Source: Prevotella sp.
GTDB taxonomy: Bacteria; Bacteroidota; Bacteroidia; Bacteroidales; Bacteroidaceae
Length of the DNA: 64,000 bases
NCBI GenBank assembly: GCA_022775105.1
Contig: JALFIX010000141.1
Location: forward strand, 7,614-71,613
Reading direction: 5' to 3'
Under the pieces are notes generated by a model. It did not search any database and had not been told where the DNA came from. It saw nothing but the letters and a program-made list of their open reading frames with translations. A program made the position numbers and the translations under genes. Below are positions 62,016 through 64,000 of the stretch, one piece after another. Within the stretch, counting starts at the first letter, position 1. Every line of letters begins with the position of its first letter.

Positions 62016-64000
62016 ATGAAGAATATATTTCGTAATATGTTGCTTTTGCTCACAGCAAGTACATCGGCACTGATGGTGTCATGTAGTGACGATGACGACA
62101 CTGTGTCAACCAACCTCGATAGACAGTTCATGACAATGTTCATAACTGACTACACACGAGGAAAAGGAACTGACTATCCCTACAACTGTGGTCTGGACGG
62201 CGCATATCCTCATGGCAACACCATCCACCTCTATTGGTATGGAGTGAAGGAGGAATTCGGATGTGCCGGCTATCAGATACAGATGGCTCTCCAACCCAAG
62301 GTGAGCAATGGTCCTGAGGCTTGGGCAAAGATTCAAGGTACAAGTGACTTGTTGATAGACACTATCGTGGGTCCCAATGTGCTCGACCTGATTATCCCCG
62401 ACCTTCAGTACTCCACCGACTACCGCTTTGCCATCCGTGCATTGTCAGACCGTGACAACAACGTGACCGACTTTTCGCACGCATCCAACTGGTATGGACA
62501 CGGCAACGGACGCCAGTGGCAGGAGTATATGGGAATCAAGACCAATGACCGCTATGAGACTCCGTTCGCTGTGTATGTCAACCAGGCACAGACAACCGAG
62601 ACAACCATGCACGTTTGTATCAACACCAACGTGAAGGACTTCATCAAGGAGTTCAGTGGCGTTACCACTGCCGATATGGAAAATATCAATGCCATGGAGA
62701 CATTCACCATGGACGACATACTCGCGGCTCTTCCAAATATCTCTGCCGAAGACAAGGACAAGCTTGAGAGCTATTACACCAACTTCAATGTCGATCCCGA
62801 CGGAGAGTTCGGTTACAAGTACCTTACAGTTAAGCCTTCTCCCAACAACCCCAACTCATCCGTTGGCGAAAAGTGGAAGAATTATGAGCTTACTGCACAG
62901 GACCGTGAGAGAGGATATGTGGATATCGACGGTCTGTCGCCCAACTCAGTGTATGTGATTGACCTTATTGACCCCAATGTGAAGGTTGCTGTTGACGCCA
63001 AGTACAACACCTGCACTTCACGTTCTGACGGTAAACCGGGCGAGCCTATCCTGCTGAGTCACTCTGAATTGATGGCAAAGTATGGTACAAGCCGTGCCGA
63101 CACATTCGCTTTGGCAACAGAGTTTAATGCCGCTCCTATCAGTCCTACACTGCTCGACTTCATCTCCAACACCAACTATGCAGAGGGACAGACTTTCTAT
63201 CTTGAGGGTGGAAAGACATACTACCTCGATGGAAACGATATCACATGTAAGGGATTCACTCTCGCCACCCGTCCTGAGGACGTGGCTAACGGACTCCGTG
63301 CAAAGGTGATTAGCGGTATTGGCAAGAACTCCTTCTACTCCGCTACAAATGGTGAGCAGTGGCAAGGCTCTTACACAATGTTTATGTTCGGTCGTCAGCC
63401 AGAGGCCGGTGAGGGTGGTGAGATCTACATGAAGAAGCTCGCTTTCTATGACATTGACTTCGACAACCCGAAGGCATTCAACTACGGCGACAATGCCGCC
63501 GGAGCAGGAACTGCCTCTGGTAACTACTTCTTCAACATGTATTCCAACGGTATGGCAGTGACACTCGACAGTCTTGTTATCGAGAACTGTACGTTCAAGC
63601 GTCTTGTGCGTGGATTCATCCGTGAGCAGGGTGCCAACTATAAGGTTTGGAACCATGTGCTCGTGAAGAACAACCAGTTCTTCGACTGTGGTTACTACAA
63701 CCAGGGTGCTGGTGGTTATTGCTGGATAGCCGGTTCGGGTAACAATCCCGCTTCAAACCTCTACAAGGATATGAAGATTATCGAGAACACATTCTACGAC
63801 AGCCCATTCCCCGCATTCTTCAGCGAGGAGTCAGGACAGTCGGGATGGACTGCAGGACCATGGAACATCACGTTCTCCAACAACACTCTCGTAAACTTCA
63901 ACACACGTGCCAACGGTTCTATCTTCAAGATGCGTAACCTGCCCAATGGTTCTGTATATAATGTAGAGAACAACCTCTTCGTATTGACCAAGCAGGAAGG
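62016..64000 (+). CDS. PUL surface lipoprotein with FN3-like N-terminal domain and right-handed beta-helix (DUF4957/DUF5123-like or lyase-like); 3' end lies outside the window
   Basis: Not in the ORF track. My translation from ATG 62016 is open to the window end (>660 codons): MKNIFRNMLLLLTASTSALMVSCSDDDDTVS... Later sequence has beta-helix-type repeats (..LVIENCTFKRLVRGFIRE..VLVKNNQFFDCG..IIENTFYDS..ITFSNNTLVNF..). Confidence 0.8.
   Translation, partial: MKNIFRNMLLLLTASTSALMVSCSDDDDTVSTNLDRQFMTMFITDYTRGKGTDYPYNCGLDGAYPHGNTIHLYWYGVKEEFGCAGYQIQMALQPKVSNGPEAWAKIQGTSDLLIDTIVGPNVLDLIIPDLQYSTDYRFAIRALSDRDNNVTDFSHASNWYGHGNGRQWQEYMGIKTNDRYETPFAVYVNQAQTTETTMHVCINTNVKDFIKEFSGVTTADMENINAMETFTMDDILAALPNISAEDKDKLESYYTNFNVDPDGEFGYKYLTVKPSPNNPNSSVGEKWKNYELTAQDRERGYVDIDGLSPNSVYVIDLIDPNVKVAVDAKYNTCTSRSDGKPGEPILLSHSELMAKYGTSRADTFALATEFNAAPISPTLLDFISNTNYAEGQTFYLEGGKTYYLDGNDITCKGFTLATRPEDVANGLRAKVISGIGKNSFYSATNGEQWQGSYTMFMFGRQPEAGEGGEIYMKKLAFYDIDFDNPKAFNYGDNAAGAGTASGNYFFNMYSNGMAVTLDSLVIENCTFKRLVRGFIREQGANYKVWNHVLVKNNQFFDCGYYNQGAGGYCWIAGSGNNPASNLYKDMKIIENTFYDSPFPAFFSEESGQSGWTAGPWNITFSNNTLVNFNTRANGSIFKMRNLPNGSVYNVENNLFVLTKQE

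Overview
64-kb chromosomal window from a Bacteroidota genome, order Bacteroidales and probably Prevotellaceae. That placement is inferred from SusC/SusD pairs, many T9SS C-terminal sorting domains, TAnnTTTG promoter boxes, Fkp and a MurF-Alr fusion. No homology search was possible, so all family names come from motifs I recognise in the translations, and several start codons are uncertain. I support 38 protein-coding genes. Two of them are absent from the ORF track: a 34-codon ORF below its size threshold and a >660-codon ORF that runs off the 3' edge. Gene order: (1) uppP (partial), truB, queA, folK. (2) A SusC/SusD locus with no recognisable CAZyme; it carries a HExxH lipoprotein, a DUF4302-like lipoprotein and three T9SS cargo genes (repeat-module protein, S8 protease, 1199-aa LRR protein). 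(3) rpsO, typA, mtnN preceded by two tiny membrane ORFs in an AT-rich islet, and a YfhO-like membrane protein. (4) A divergent fucP/fkp fucose-salvage pair, with a GSCFA gene overlapping the fkp stop. (5) An envelope cluster: beta-barrel OMP, 795-aa coiled-coil lipoprotein, OmpA-family protein and a low-GC T9SS protein. (6) A CotH-like T9SS protein, dacB, nadB, murF-alr, an MFS transporter, GH36, merR and alaS. (7) A pectin-type PUL: PL1 with a T9SS CTD, GH3-PA14, SusC, SusD and an FN3/beta-helix lipoprotein. I saw no rRNA, tRNA, CRISPR, transposase or integrase. The most unusual signals are non-coding. First, two 173-bp structured elements with a near-identical 87-bp core bracket the PL1 gene. 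Second, a family of hairpins is built from the word ACACAAAG. Third, tandem 7-10-nt word arrays, each unit carrying a stop triplet, sit exactly at gene 3' ends. Fourth, a 22-bp x4 tandem array lies next to a 124-bp inverted-repeat element. The coding-side candidates for an undescribed system are the coiled-coil lipoprotein/OmpA operon and the peptidase-type SusCD/T9SS locus.
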